Sequence record: MH221129.1
Length of the DNA: 64,000 nucleotides
Strand: one strand, 5' to 3'
A model generated the notes under the pieces. It did no database searches. It was not told the origin of the DNA and saw only the letters and a program-made list of their open reading frames with translations. A program made the translations under genes and the position numbers. Below are positions 56,170 through 64,000 of this stretch, one piece after another. Each line of letters opens with the position of its first letter. Within the stretch, counting starts at the first letter, position 1.

Positions 56170-56190
56170 GGTTACTCCTTAGTGGCAATT

Positions 56191-56220
56191 AAAAAATAAA
56201 AGAGGGGCCGTAGCCCCTCT
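56191..56220 (-). terminator. Intrinsic terminator with a cUACGg loop
   Basis: AGAGGGGC-TACG-GCCCCTCT plus a T-run. Confidence 0.8.
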
Positions 56221-56227
56221 GGCTTAT

Positions 56228-56761
56228 TTAGTTAGGAACGCCGAAACCGTCCAGTTCACCGTTAGTGGTGCTCAGGTCAGTCTTCACGATCTCCTGGGTG
56301 ATGGTGTAGACCGCAATAGTGCCTTCCTGGTATTTGATGTGACCATCTTTTACCAGTACGGTAATCACTTTCGCACCGTCCTGACCATCAGTACGTTCGA
56401 AAGTCAGTTCACTGACCGCGAAAGCATCATCGGGGCGACCTTTGGCTTGCAAGTCGGTGTTAACAAAAGCCAGCACTTCTTCGTCGGTGTCCCAGTCCGC
56501 CTGATCGGCAGTAACGGCTTTGTTACCGATGAGGTTAGCAGAAGCCATGCGGGTGTAGTGTAATTCTTTCTCGCCGGTGAAATACTGAGACCCACCGACT
56601 GCGGTGATCGTGAGTTTGGTATTACGGCCATCGACCGGGTCAGCAACATAGTCACTTGCCGTGCCGAAGGTAACATCCGCAGAGGTTAACGCTTGCGCCA
56701 GACCGGAGTTTTTGGTGTTGAACAAAGCAACGAGTTGATCTTGAAATGAAACAATAGCCAT
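56228..56761 (-). CDS. Virion paralog family A member
   Basis: GRNTKLTITA..SQYFTGEKELHYTR, ends VKTDLSTTNGELDGFGVPN. Confidence 0.8.
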   Translation of the reverse strand: MAIVSFQDQLVALFNTKNSGLAQALTSADVTFGTASDYVADPVDGRNTKLTITAVGGSQYFTGEKELHYTRMASANLIGNKAVTADQADWDTDEEVLAFVNTDLQAKGRPDDAFAVSELTFERTDGQDGAKVITVLVKDGHIKYQEGTIAVYTITQEIVKTDLSTTNGELDGFGVPN

Positions 56762-56886
56762 GTTTGTTTCCTCTTAACAGCTATGGGCAGGGTGCATATT
56801 ATCGAGTTCTTAATTACGTATACGGGGATTATATGACAGTGCTCAAGGCTGTTAAACAATAAAGTTTCAACCACTAAAGGTGAACC

Positions 56887-57399
56887 ATGAAACATTTACT
56901 TTTCGTCTTTGCATTTATTAGCCTATTGACAGGCTGTGCCATGGCACCCGATAGCAAGGGTCAGTTCAGCACTGTCCCAGTAACCAACCATGACATGGTT
57001 ATCTATACCTGTACCGGGGCTAACGAAACTTTCTCTGACTTCCGTCCAGAGTTAAGCAATTTACAATTGTTACCTCGCGCCGTTACAGTTATCGACGTAG
57101 GTGCTAATTGGGTGGCAACCTGGAAAGGCAACAAGCTGGAATCGCCCCAACTGTATAAAGACCTGCTCGGTAAAGTCGATGGGAATATTGATCCTATTAC
57201 CGGTCAACGTTTCTATAGACTGAATGCTGTTCTGTCAGGTTCGCCAACATTCTCGTATTCTACGGTGAACCCGACAACTGGTTCAGGCAAGGGGATGACG
57301 TTCTTCCGTTGTACAATCGGGTCAATTGATGAGCCGGCCACACCGATGCTGATTACACCCTCGCCAGACCAAAGCGCCGATAAAGTCGACGCGAAATAA
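56887..57399 (+). CDS. Lipoprotein of unknown function
   Basis: MKHLLFVFAFISLLTG-C lipobox; lone plus-strand gene with its own terminator. Confidence 0.8.
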   Translation: MKHLLFVFAFISLLTGCAMAPDSKGQFSTVPVTNHDMVIYTCTGANETFSDFRPELSNLQLLPRAVTVIDVGANWVATWKGNKLESPQLYKDLLGKVDGNIDPITGQRFYRLNAVLSGSPTFSYSTVNPTTGSGKGMTFFRCTIGSIDEPATPMLITPSPDQSADKVDAK

Positions 57400-57406
57400 A
57401 CAAGCT

Positions 57407-57448
57407 CTACCCACTCCCGATAGGAGTGGGTAGGCTTTTATTTATTTT
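57407..57448 (+). terminator. Intrinsic terminator
   Basis: CTACCCACTCC-CGATA-GGAGTGGGTAG plus GCTTTTATTTATTTTG. Confidence 0.85.
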
Positions 57449-57530
57449 GCCCTCGCAGAGCGTCTGTAACGCTCCCTAAGAGACTTTCATCGTTAAGACG
57501 ATAAATGGTGCTGTCTTTCAAAAGGGTGCT

Positions 57531-58046
57531 TTAGATGTTGACTAAGCGGCTCCAATCGATAGGCTTCTGTTTCACCACTTTAACGGTGCCACGGGACGGT
57601 GACCAGTAAGTAATGTCGGGCTGGTTACGCACATCAACGTGAAGCCAGGTGATGTCACATTCAATAAAGTGAATGAACGGGAACTCATCTGGATGATCCG
57701 CGATATAGTCGTGCACCTGTTGCAATGGGGTGTCCAACATCGTGGCATCGAACGCATTACCGAACTTGTGCATACTGCCTGAATCAGAATACGCTTTGTA
57801 AGCCCGTGTCTGATAATCGCCGCCCTTTGGTTTCTCCTGGTTAATGAAGAACTGCAGGGTACGCAGACTGCGTTGTTGTTGCGCACTGGTGAGAATCACC
57901 ATACGACCGAAGCGGTTACGAATCTGTTGCAGCGAAATTAACAGCAGCGGGTTTAAGAAGCGGATAGCCCCTTCACCGTATTTGCTGATGTACTCTTGCG
58001 GCACCAGTTCTTTTAAAGAAAAGTTCGAAGGGTTGGGATGGTACAT
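57531..58046 (-). CDS. Peptidase M15-family zinc peptidase (peptidoglycan hydrolase)
   Basis: NFSLKEL, LQQIRNRFG, SMHKFGNAFD (H-x6-D), WLHVDVR. Confidence 0.85.
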   Translation of the reverse strand: MYHPNPSNFSLKELVPQEYISKYGEGAIRFLNPLLLISLQQIRNRFGRMVILTSAQQQRSLRTLQFFINQEKPKGGDYQTRAYKAYSDSGSMHKFGNAFDATMLDTPLQQVHDYIADHPDEFPFIHFIECDITWLHVDVRNQPDITYWSPSRGTVKVVKQKPIDWSRLVNI

Positions 58047-58055
58047 GGTATCTCC

Positions 58056-58697
58056 TTACGGGACCGTCAGAAATGCACGCTTGATGTTCAAGTATTGTGC
58101 GTTTACCGGCTGGCCGTTGGTGATGTCGATACGTTCATGGTCAGGAATACCTGGTTCAACATGTTCACGGAAGAACAGGTAGTTACGATTATAATCCAGG
58201 GTCTTCTCAACCGGGCGGCTATATTTCACCTTCTGGTTATCGTCAACATACGACGGCCAACCAAACTGATGAACTGCCTCGTAGAACGACTTGCGAATGA
58301 AGGCATCGACGTTGAGTGCTTCCATGATGCGCAAGAACATCAGGTCAGCAAAAGATTTATCACAAGCACGGGATAAGTTCCCGCAGTCGGTGTCCGGGTA
58401 GTTGCCCACTGTCGAGCGCTTCTGATAAAACAAATCGTGGATACACGCAGCAGGACCCCACGGACCGTCCGGATGAAGAATCGGTTGGAGTGCTGGCGGG
58501 ATACTTGCCATATCCGTTACAAAACCTTTCGGCGCAGTCACAAAAAGTTCCTTGTCGGGCAAAACGCCTGACAGATAAACCATTTTGTCAAGCCCTTCAA
58601 CACCCCTGTATAAGCTGCGCAGCGTGAAGGCAAAATGGAAATCGTCCGTGAGAACAAACCACGGTTTCTCTAAGAGCTTATAATTTAATGTTTGCAT
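58056..58697 (-). CDS. DUF1353 family protein
   Basis: APKGFVTDMASIP, AACIHDLFY, ADLMFLRIM, FYEAVHQFG. Confidence 0.85.
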   Translation of the reverse strand: MQTLNYKLLEKPWFVLTDDFHFAFTLRSLYRGVEGLDKMVYLSGVLPDKELFVTAPKGFVTDMASIPPALQPILHPDGPWGPAACIHDLFYQKRSTVGNYPDTDCGNLSRACDKSFADLMFLRIMEALNVDAFIRKSFYEAVHQFGWPSYVDDNQKVKYSRPVEKTLDYNRNYLFFREHVEPGIPDHERIDITNGQPVNAQYLNIKRAFLTVP

Positions 58698-58704
58698 AAC
58701 TTCC

Positions 58705-58797
58705 TCAAGCCAGGTATTTGACTAGCGCAAGAATACCCATCAGACCAAACAGAAGCGGCATAAGTCCCTTTGGCCAATCGTCGTTGTCGTGTGTCAT
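58705..58797 (-). CDS. 30 aa micro-protein with a C-terminal hydrophobic helix (MTHDNDDWPKGLMPLLFGLMGILALVKYLA)
   Basis: Translated by hand; SD GGAGA, ATGA overlap; not in the ORF track. Confidence 0.65.
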   Translation of the reverse strand: MTHDNDDWPKGLMPLLFGLMGILALVKYLA

Positions 58798-58889
58798 GGG
58801 GCTACTCTCCGAAAGAAGATTGCGCGAAGCATTTTAAAGAAACCGGAGTCCTCAGTCTTGTTCTCCGAGGCGGGTGTTGGGCTTGTCAT
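58794..58889 (-). CDS. 31 aa micro-protein with an amphipathic cationic C-terminus (MTSPTPASENKTEDSGFFKMLRAIFFRRVAP)
   Basis: Translated by hand; strong SD GAGGAG. Confidence 0.65.
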   Translation of the reverse strand: MTSPTPASENKTEDSGFFKMLRAIFFRRVAP

Positions 58890-58965
58890 GACGTTTTCTC
58901 CTCATGGCAAAGACTAAAGCGCGCCATATGGCGCGCATCAGGGTTACAAACCAGTTTGACTTCAC
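58852..58965 (-). CDS. 37 aa cationic amphipathic micro-protein (MKSNWFVTLMRAIWRALVFAMRRKRHDKPNTRLGEQD)
   Basis: Translated by hand; GTG start overlaps the GH108 stop (GTGA). Confidence 0.5.
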   Translation of the reverse strand: MKSNWFVTLMRAIWRALVFAMRRKRHDKPNTRLGEQD

Positions 58966-59552
58966 TTGCATATCCCCAGTTTAACCGCGTAGTCAGGCAG
59001 TTCTTGATAAATACGGTCATACCAGCCGTACGTGAACTCTTCATTCTTTTCACGCTTCTCGCTGATATCCGTGTAGTAGTAACATTGATGACAACCCAAT
59101 GCGAAAACCAGACGTTTCACCCCTTCTGCCCCACGTGCTTTAATAAAGCCGTTGAGCGCAGTTAGCGTCAGCGTACCGATACCACCGTCGGCATCGATAT
59201 CCCCGTAAAGCTTTTGTTGGCGGTTGAGCACATTCAGAATGCGCTGCAACTCACGAATACAGTTTGCACGACCGGCGTTGATACCAAAGTCAAACATTCT
59301 GTCCGCCAGCGCTGGCGAGACAGCCATGATTTGGTCCAGACGCATACGCTGCCACCAGAGCTTATCGTAGATAGCAAAAGCGGTAGACTGCGGCATGTCT
59401 TTCATTGCACCTTTATAGCCGTACTCATCGGCTGTGGCTTTAGTGACACCCCAGATGGTTTCTTTACCGAGGTCATTTGGGTTATTGGTGTAACCAGCCT
59501 CAATGTTTACTTTGGCACGAATAATGCCCTCTTTACTCCAACGATCGACCAC
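58962..59552 (-). CDS. Glycoside hydrolase family 108 lysozyme with a C-terminal peptidoglycan-binding domain
   Basis: IEAGYTNNPNDLGKETIWGVT (EGGY motif variant), MFDFGINAG, LQRILN..DGGIGTLTL, FTYGW; start moved to GTG 59552 after SD AGGAGG. Confidence 0.88.
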   Translation of the reverse strand: MVDRWSKEGIIRAKVNIEAGYTNNPNDLGKETIWGVTKATADEYGYKGAMKDMPQSTAFAIYDKLWWQRMRLDQIMAVSPALADRMFDFGINAGRANCIRELQRILNVLNRQQKLYGDIDADGGIGTLTLTALNGFIKARGAEGVKRLVFALGCHQCYYYTDISEKREKNEEFTYGWYDRIYQELPDYAVKLGICK

Positions 59553-59579
59553 GATAACCTCCTGAGTTGATAGGGTCAT

Positions 59580-59611
59580 AAAAAGAAAGCCTCTCCCCCG
59601 AAGGAGAGAGG
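59580..59611 (-). terminator. Intrinsic terminator with a cUUCGg loop
   Basis: CCTCTCTCC-TTCG-GGGGAGAGG plus a T-rich tail. Confidence 0.8.
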
Positions 59612-59617
59612 ACAGTG

Positions 59618-60505
59618 TTACGGTTGCACAAGTTCTAACACAAGCATCACTGTGGCGCGGGTGCCTATTGCAATCCCAGCACCCAACACTTCGTTGTTAG
59701 CAGCTACGACGTTAGACGCGGTATTTTCTTTGGTCCAGTGTGGACTGATAGTAATCCAGCCGGATGTGGTGTCAAAGAGACGTGTACGCGCGGACGGGTC
59801 ATTACTGATAGTAGAAGAGTTCAGGCGACTGATAACGTCTTTCCATTCACTTCCCTGCATGTCGGCAGTTCCCGTGATGTACTCGCTCGTCGGCTTAGCT
59901 GAAATGCGTGGCAGTCGAAGTATATATTCCAACCCGTTGATTTCAATGACAGTGCGTTGGTTCACCGCCCCAGCGTCACCAAGCGGTGTTTTACCGAAGT
60001 CATTCGTTCCGTAAACCAGTCCAGCATTATACAGCTCGTTCCAGGTTGCAGTCACGATGTTACTGTCAGGAACATAAATGATATTACCGTTATGCACCAT
60101 CTTGAACCAATAAGACGGATTCCAGGCGCTACCCCATGTCCCCAATGCAGGAACCTTTAATCGCAAATCGGGACCTGTGATAAAGTCGGCAACAGGCAGC
60201 ATTTCCATAAAGCCAGCAGCCCACGTACCACGTAAAGGCGTATCGCGCCCTGGTCCGGTTTCCGAGAAATACCCACCAACCTGATCTTCACCCCATGCGC
60301 GTTCTTCGCCTTTGACTGCCGCTAAACGGTAATGCCAGAGTTCTTTGTTACGCACGTCGGTGTCTTCGAACTCAACTGCGGTTCCAGCAAGCGTTTTGTA
60401 AGGCGCACCGGGATTGCTGATATCGATGACGTTGGCAGAACGGTATATCTCAATCGCGTCAAGCTGTTGCGCAGACTGATCGTTCCAACGCAGTTTAATG
60501 CCCAT
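59618..60505 (-). CDS. Virion paralog family B member (FN3-like N-terminus plus conserved GPG domain)
   Basis: LRW..IEIYR..FEDT..YRL; TGPG..L.G..GF; WFKMVHNGNIIYVP; YILRLP; VLELV. Confidence 0.75.
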   Translation of the reverse strand: MGIKLRWNDQSAQQLDAIEIYRSANVIDISNPGAPYKTLAGTAVEFEDTDVRNKELWHYRLAAVKGEERAWGEDQVGGYFSETGPGRDTPLRGTWAAGFMEMLPVADFITGPDLRLKVPALGTWGSAWNPSYWFKMVHNGNIIYVPDSNIVTATWNELYNAGLVYGTNDFGKTPLGDAGAVNQRTVIEINGLEYILRLPRISAKPTSEYITGTADMQGSEWKDVISRLNSSTISNDPSARTRLFDTTSGWITISPHWTKENTASNVVAANNEVLGAGIAIGTRATVMLVLELVQP

Positions 60506-60514
60506 AAATTCTCC

Positions 60515-61558
60515 TTACAGTGTTACGTCTGCGGTTGTTTCGACCAGTTCCAGGATAGGGACCCATTGCGAGTTTGCCGTGACACCCTGAATTGTCAGTT
60601 TTTGAGGATGACCTTTTGTATCAGCCGTGGTACTACTATTGTAAGAATAAATGTAGTTACGCTGGCCGCGTGTCAAACAGTTGCCGTTAGCTACACGCTC
60701 TTGCACAGCAATACGTCCACGTGCGGCTTCCACCCCAGCGCTGCTGCTATTGCTCGTTGCGCCACTGCTTAACAACCATTGCTGGAAATTAAGTTCCGCA
60801 AAGTTTTCAGTACGTTGTTTGAGAGGTACCCAACGTAGCAACGAATAGAACAGGTCGTTATACTCGTTATCTTGCGCAACAGCCAATGTGTCGTGATCAA
60901 CGGTAGCGGTGTTCCAGTCGCCGATGTCGGCGAAGCTGCCGTCGTTATATCCGCGCATCAAACGGATTTTGTAGGTTGAGCCTTTGAACTCAAACGTGGT
61001 TAACTGATTAGTTGGTGTTAACCCGGTGGTTGATAGAATCCCTTCCGGGAATTCAGCATCAATACCGTGAACGAATCCAGCGTGGTATAAGTTCGTGTAG
61101 GAAACATCACCGAGGGTGGTAGATGGCATGTAAAGAATTTTTCCATTGCGAACGAACTTATGCCAAACAAAGGTTGCCAGTGACGACGGCAGCCCATTGG
61201 TTGATTTTCCGGCAGCCACAACATCCAGGTTAGTGACAAAGTCCGCAGTTAAAACCGTGCCGTAATAACCGATGTTATCATCGCCGTACATCAGTGTAGA
61301 AGGCCCGACGCCCCGGTTATCGGCTACTAACACTTGTTGATTCGGCGTAAGAACCAGATCGTTGGCGGTCTTTACGCCAAAGACGTAGTAGTACGTGTTA
61401 CCAAATGCGGCATCTTCATCTATCCAAGAGGTTTCTCCTCCAGTTAATTCAACCAGGGGTTCAGGTAACGCAGACGAATCGAGCGGCGCGTCCCCACGAT
61501 AAATCACCACGCTGTTTGCAACAACGTTGGTGTTTTTCCAGGATAATTTCAAGGCCAT
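60515..61558 (-). CDS. Virion paralog family B member
   Basis: LSWK..VIYR..WIDE..YYV; GVGP..LMYG..GYYG; WHKFVRNGKILYMP; YKIRL; PILELV. Confidence 0.75.
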   Translation of the reverse strand: MALKLSWKNTNVVANSVVIYRGDAPLDSSALPEPLVELTGGETSWIDEDAAFGNTYYYVFGVKTANDLVLTPNQQVLVADNRGVGPSTLMYGDDNIGYYGTVLTADFVTNLDVVAAGKSTNGLPSSLATFVWHKFVRNGKILYMPSTTLGDVSYTNLYHAGFVHGIDAEFPEGILSTTGLTPTNQLTTFEFKGSTYKIRLMRGYNDGSFADIGDWNTATVDHDTLAVAQDNEYNDLFYSLLRWVPLKQRTENFAELNFQQWLLSSGATSNSSSAGVEAARGRIAVQERVANGNCLTRGQRNYIYSYNSSTTADTKGHPQKLTIQGVTANSQWVPILELVETTADVTL

Positions 61559-61567
61559 GTTAATTCC

Positions 61568-63085
61568 TTATTGAAAACCATTGAGTTCGCCATCGCAGTT
61601 CGCGAGGTCAACTGCCACGTGTGCAACAGATTCGAAACGGACGCCGAACGGAGAAACTAAAGAAGAGAAGTTCAAATCACCGACGTTACGCGGTGGTGCA
61701 AGCTCAAGCCCGTAACTCGTAAATCCATTAACCGTACTAGAGAAATCGATATCCGTGACTTTCACCACCGGGTTACCCACAGGGTGTGCCATCAGTGGCG
61801 GCTGTATGGTACGCTGATACGTACTCTGAATATCGGTGAGACGTACGACCATGTCCGCATCGCGAGTTTGGTCAATGTTTAGGAGCGGAGGAAGAATCTT
61901 TCCAACAACCCGACCACTGATTCCCTCAACCGGCAAAGTAACGTCTTCACCGTCGGTTAGAATCAACAGCACGCGACCATTCGTTCTTGCGGTTCTGGCC
62001 ACACTTTCAACGCTGCCTTCGTTGGGTGATGTGTATATCACGTTCCCATCGACATCAGCTCGTCCATTGACCCAGACGTGTGCAGTAGACGCATCAAAGT
62101 CGGAGACCGTTAATAAGTCCCAGGTTCCCGTTCCGTAAGATTGCCTGTGTACTTTGTTAAAGAGTCTGGCCGGCTCACCGGTTGGGTCACCGCGCGACGG
62201 AGTTATCGGGTCAGTTGTCGAAACCTTCGGTAAGCGCACCCGGAAAAATTGTCTTCCTTCGCCTGTTTCCAATACGACATACTTCCGCTGTTTTACAGGT
62301 TCGTTCGTAACAAATTCTGACCCACTGTCGTCACGATCGTATACTGCGCCAAGCGCATAATAGTCATTCCATGCAACTTTCGTAAACAGGTTTTGACAAG
62401 GGAAATAAACAATCTCGCCATCCAGTGCAAATTTCAACCAGGTTAATGCGTCAGTGACAGAAACTGCCCCTTGAGTACCTTGTCCCGCCAAGAGTGCTTG
62501 ATAGATTTCTCTACCCCCGACCAACTCGGTAGAAGACACCACGCCAAAGTATCCCTCATCCATGGTACCCATCAGCATGTATTTTGAACCTGGTCCGGAG
62601 TCAGGATAGTACCCTGCGTAACCGCGTTGCCATTTAAACTTCAAAGTGCCGGTAAATGATAAACAGCTGGTGTTAATAGCCAAGGAAACTTCTGTAGGAC
62701 TTCGACCCAGACCCAATGCTGTGTTTGGGGATACCAGGTCGTCGGCTGTTAAGGTTATCCCCAGCGCGTCCTTGATCGTTGGTAACAAGTCAGCATTGGT
62801 GACTACGTCGTTAGGCACCGTCAACACTAACTTATCTGGTAACCCGTTATAAAGTGTCCCCACATTGATTCGATCGTAAAAGAAATCCCGCTTACCTACG
62901 AAACCCGCGCCTGTTCGACCGTTCAGCACTACGCGGGTATTTCGCCCGCTAGTACCCAATCCGTTAGTCGCGGGACCTTCGAGTACAATAATTGTCTCTC
63001 CGCTCAAGACGTAAGGTAAGTCGGGGTTATCACGCATAATTTGCTGGCATAACAAACCCAGCGCATTTTTATCGTACAACCCCAT
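61568..63085 (-). CDS. Chimeric virion paralog (family A N-terminus and tail, family B core)
   Basis: NPDLP..GRNTRVVL..FVGKRDFFYDR, then SGPG..LMG..GYFG..WLKFALDGEIVYFP..RVRLP; ends DGELNGFQ. Confidence 0.75.
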   Translation of the reverse strand: MGLYDKNALGLLCQQIMRDNPDLPYVLSGETIIVLEGPATNGLGTSGRNTRVVLNGRTGAGFVGKRDFFYDRINVGTLYNGLPDKLVLTVPNDVVTNADLLPTIKDALGITLTADDLVSPNTALGLGRSPTEVSLAINTSCLSFTGTLKFKWQRGYAGYYPDSGPGSKYMLMGTMDEGYFGVVSSTELVGGREIYQALLAGQGTQGAVSVTDALTWLKFALDGEIVYFPCQNLFTKVAWNDYYALGAVYDRDDSGSEFVTNEPVKQRKYVVLETGEGRQFFRVRLPKVSTTDPITPSRGDPTGEPARLFNKVHRQSYGTGTWDLLTVSDFDASTAHVWVNGRADVDGNVIYTSPNEGSVESVARTARTNGRVLLILTDGEDVTLPVEGISGRVVGKILPPLLNIDQTRDADMVVRLTDIQSTYQRTIQPPLMAHPVGNPVVKVTDIDFSSTVNGFTSYGLELAPPRNVGDLNFSSLVSPFGVRFESVAHVAVDLANCDGELNGFQ

Positions 63086-63098
63086 TCTAATATCCTCG

Positions 63099-64000
63099 TT
63101 AATTAAGAACTAATTCAATGACGTGTTGAACGAAGCAGGCTGTATCCATATTCACATATGTCGGAGACATCGGTGATGCCGCTAAGAATACCATACCGTA
63201 TAGATTGCTGTAACCATTAGCAAACAAGGTCACACCCTGTACGTTTGTCCCTGAGCCGCTCGCAGGACGTTCGACGTGATCAAAACGACGGACCCATCCA
63301 TTGTAACGGTAGATACTATCGATGGTGTTCCACCACTCGCCTTCCTGTGCGTATGAAGCAGGGGAGCCATAGTAGTTAGTGTTGTCAGCATTCTGCGTAT
63401 AATCCACCATCCTCGGCAACCGTAACACGTATTCGAATCCGTTTTTATTAAACGTTTTACGTTGATTCACCCCGGTGACGTTATTTGGAATACGCTGCCC
63501 GGTATCATCAGTGCCCCACATCAGTCCCTGATTGTATTGTTCTCGCCAGGTTGTACTGACCTTCGTGCCGCTGTCAGGGATAAAGAGAATACGACCTTTA
63601 AACACGAACTTATGGAACAGCGTGACGTTTTGGTTCCAGGCGGTGAAACCGATTAGGCCATTTAGTTCCGCAGCATTGAGAATAAACTCGGTATTGGAAA
63701 GTGTGCCGAAATAACCACGCCACCAATCGCCACGAATAAGTTCCTGTGGCCCTGGACCAGTGTAGGGAAAGTCACCCTGCACAATTGGCATCCCCATGAC
63801 CTTGTCGTTGCCCTTAACTGAAACGATACGGTATTGGTAAGTAGTCCACGGAGCTGTGGTGGTGTCTTCGTACGTGGTTGCATTCCCTGGCAATACCACA
63901 AGTGGCGACCCTGGACTATTTGGGTTAACGCTTTGTCGTGGATTGACGTAGCGATAAATTTCGATAGAGTCCAGCGTTTGACCAGGCTGCTGTTTCCAAT
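63099..64000 (-). CDS. Virion paralog family B member, 5' end beyond the window
   Basis: Frame stays open to base 64000 (WKQQPGQTLDSIEIYRYV...); TGPGPQELIRG..GYFG..FHKFVFKGRILFIP..YVLRLP..IELVLN. Confidence 0.8.
   Translation of the reverse strand, partial: WKQQPGQTLDSIEIYRYVNPRQSVNPNSPGSPLVVLPGNATTYEDTTTAPWTTYQYRIVSVKGNDKVMGMPIVQGDFPYTGPGPQELIRGDWWRGYFGTLSNTEFILNAAELNGLIGFTAWNQNVTLFHKFVFKGRILFIPDSGTKVSTTWREQYNQGLMWGTDDTGQRIPNNVTGVNQRKTFNKNGFEYVLRLPRMVDYTQNADNTNYYGSPASYAQEGEWWNTIDSIYRYNGWVRRFDHVERPASGSGTNVQGVTLFANGYSNLYGMVFLAASPMSPTYVNMDTACFVQHVIELVLN

Noticed and set aside
58770-59165. 131 aa plus-strand ORF as a holin
   Set aside because: Antisense to GH108 and to three SD-supported micro-ORFs; no clean TM pattern.

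Overview
This window is a gene-dense segment of a phiKZ-like (Chimalliviridae-type) jumbo phage genome. It is most likely an SPN3US/phiEaH2-like phage of enterobacteria; this is inferred from gene content and order, and no search was run. Left part: the C-terminal fragment of the split virion RNA polymerase beta subunit, UvsX/RecA, RNase H, a DEDD exonuclease, a probable spanin pair and two probable virion genes. Middle part: a long minus-strand accessory region with an SLT lytic transglycosylase, a DarG-like macrodomain, a small protein carrying the EF-Tu G1 motif, a GNAT, membrane micro-ORFs, an SbcC/Rad50 ATPase, four exported disulfide paralogs and an ART-like protein. Right part: the baseplate spike, three giant fibre proteins plus a coiled-coil fibre protein, two paralogous virion-protein families, and a GH108/M15/DUF1353 cell-wall cluster. 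The standout feature is at 49.0-54.5 kb, directly after the fibre genes: three Cys-X-X-X repeat peptides with a shared leader (21, 20 and 4 Cys), two radical SAM enzymes (one with a full SPASM domain) and chaperone-like genes. It resembles a RiPP-type maturation cluster, but has no transporter or protease gene, and may modify tail-fibre components. I also found an 18-bp putative phage promoter (6 copies), several micro-ORFs missed by the ORF track and a family of related terminators. No rRNA, tRNA, CRISPR array or transposase was seen. Many starts were moved from the ORF track to the start codon that follows a Shine-Dalgarno sequence.
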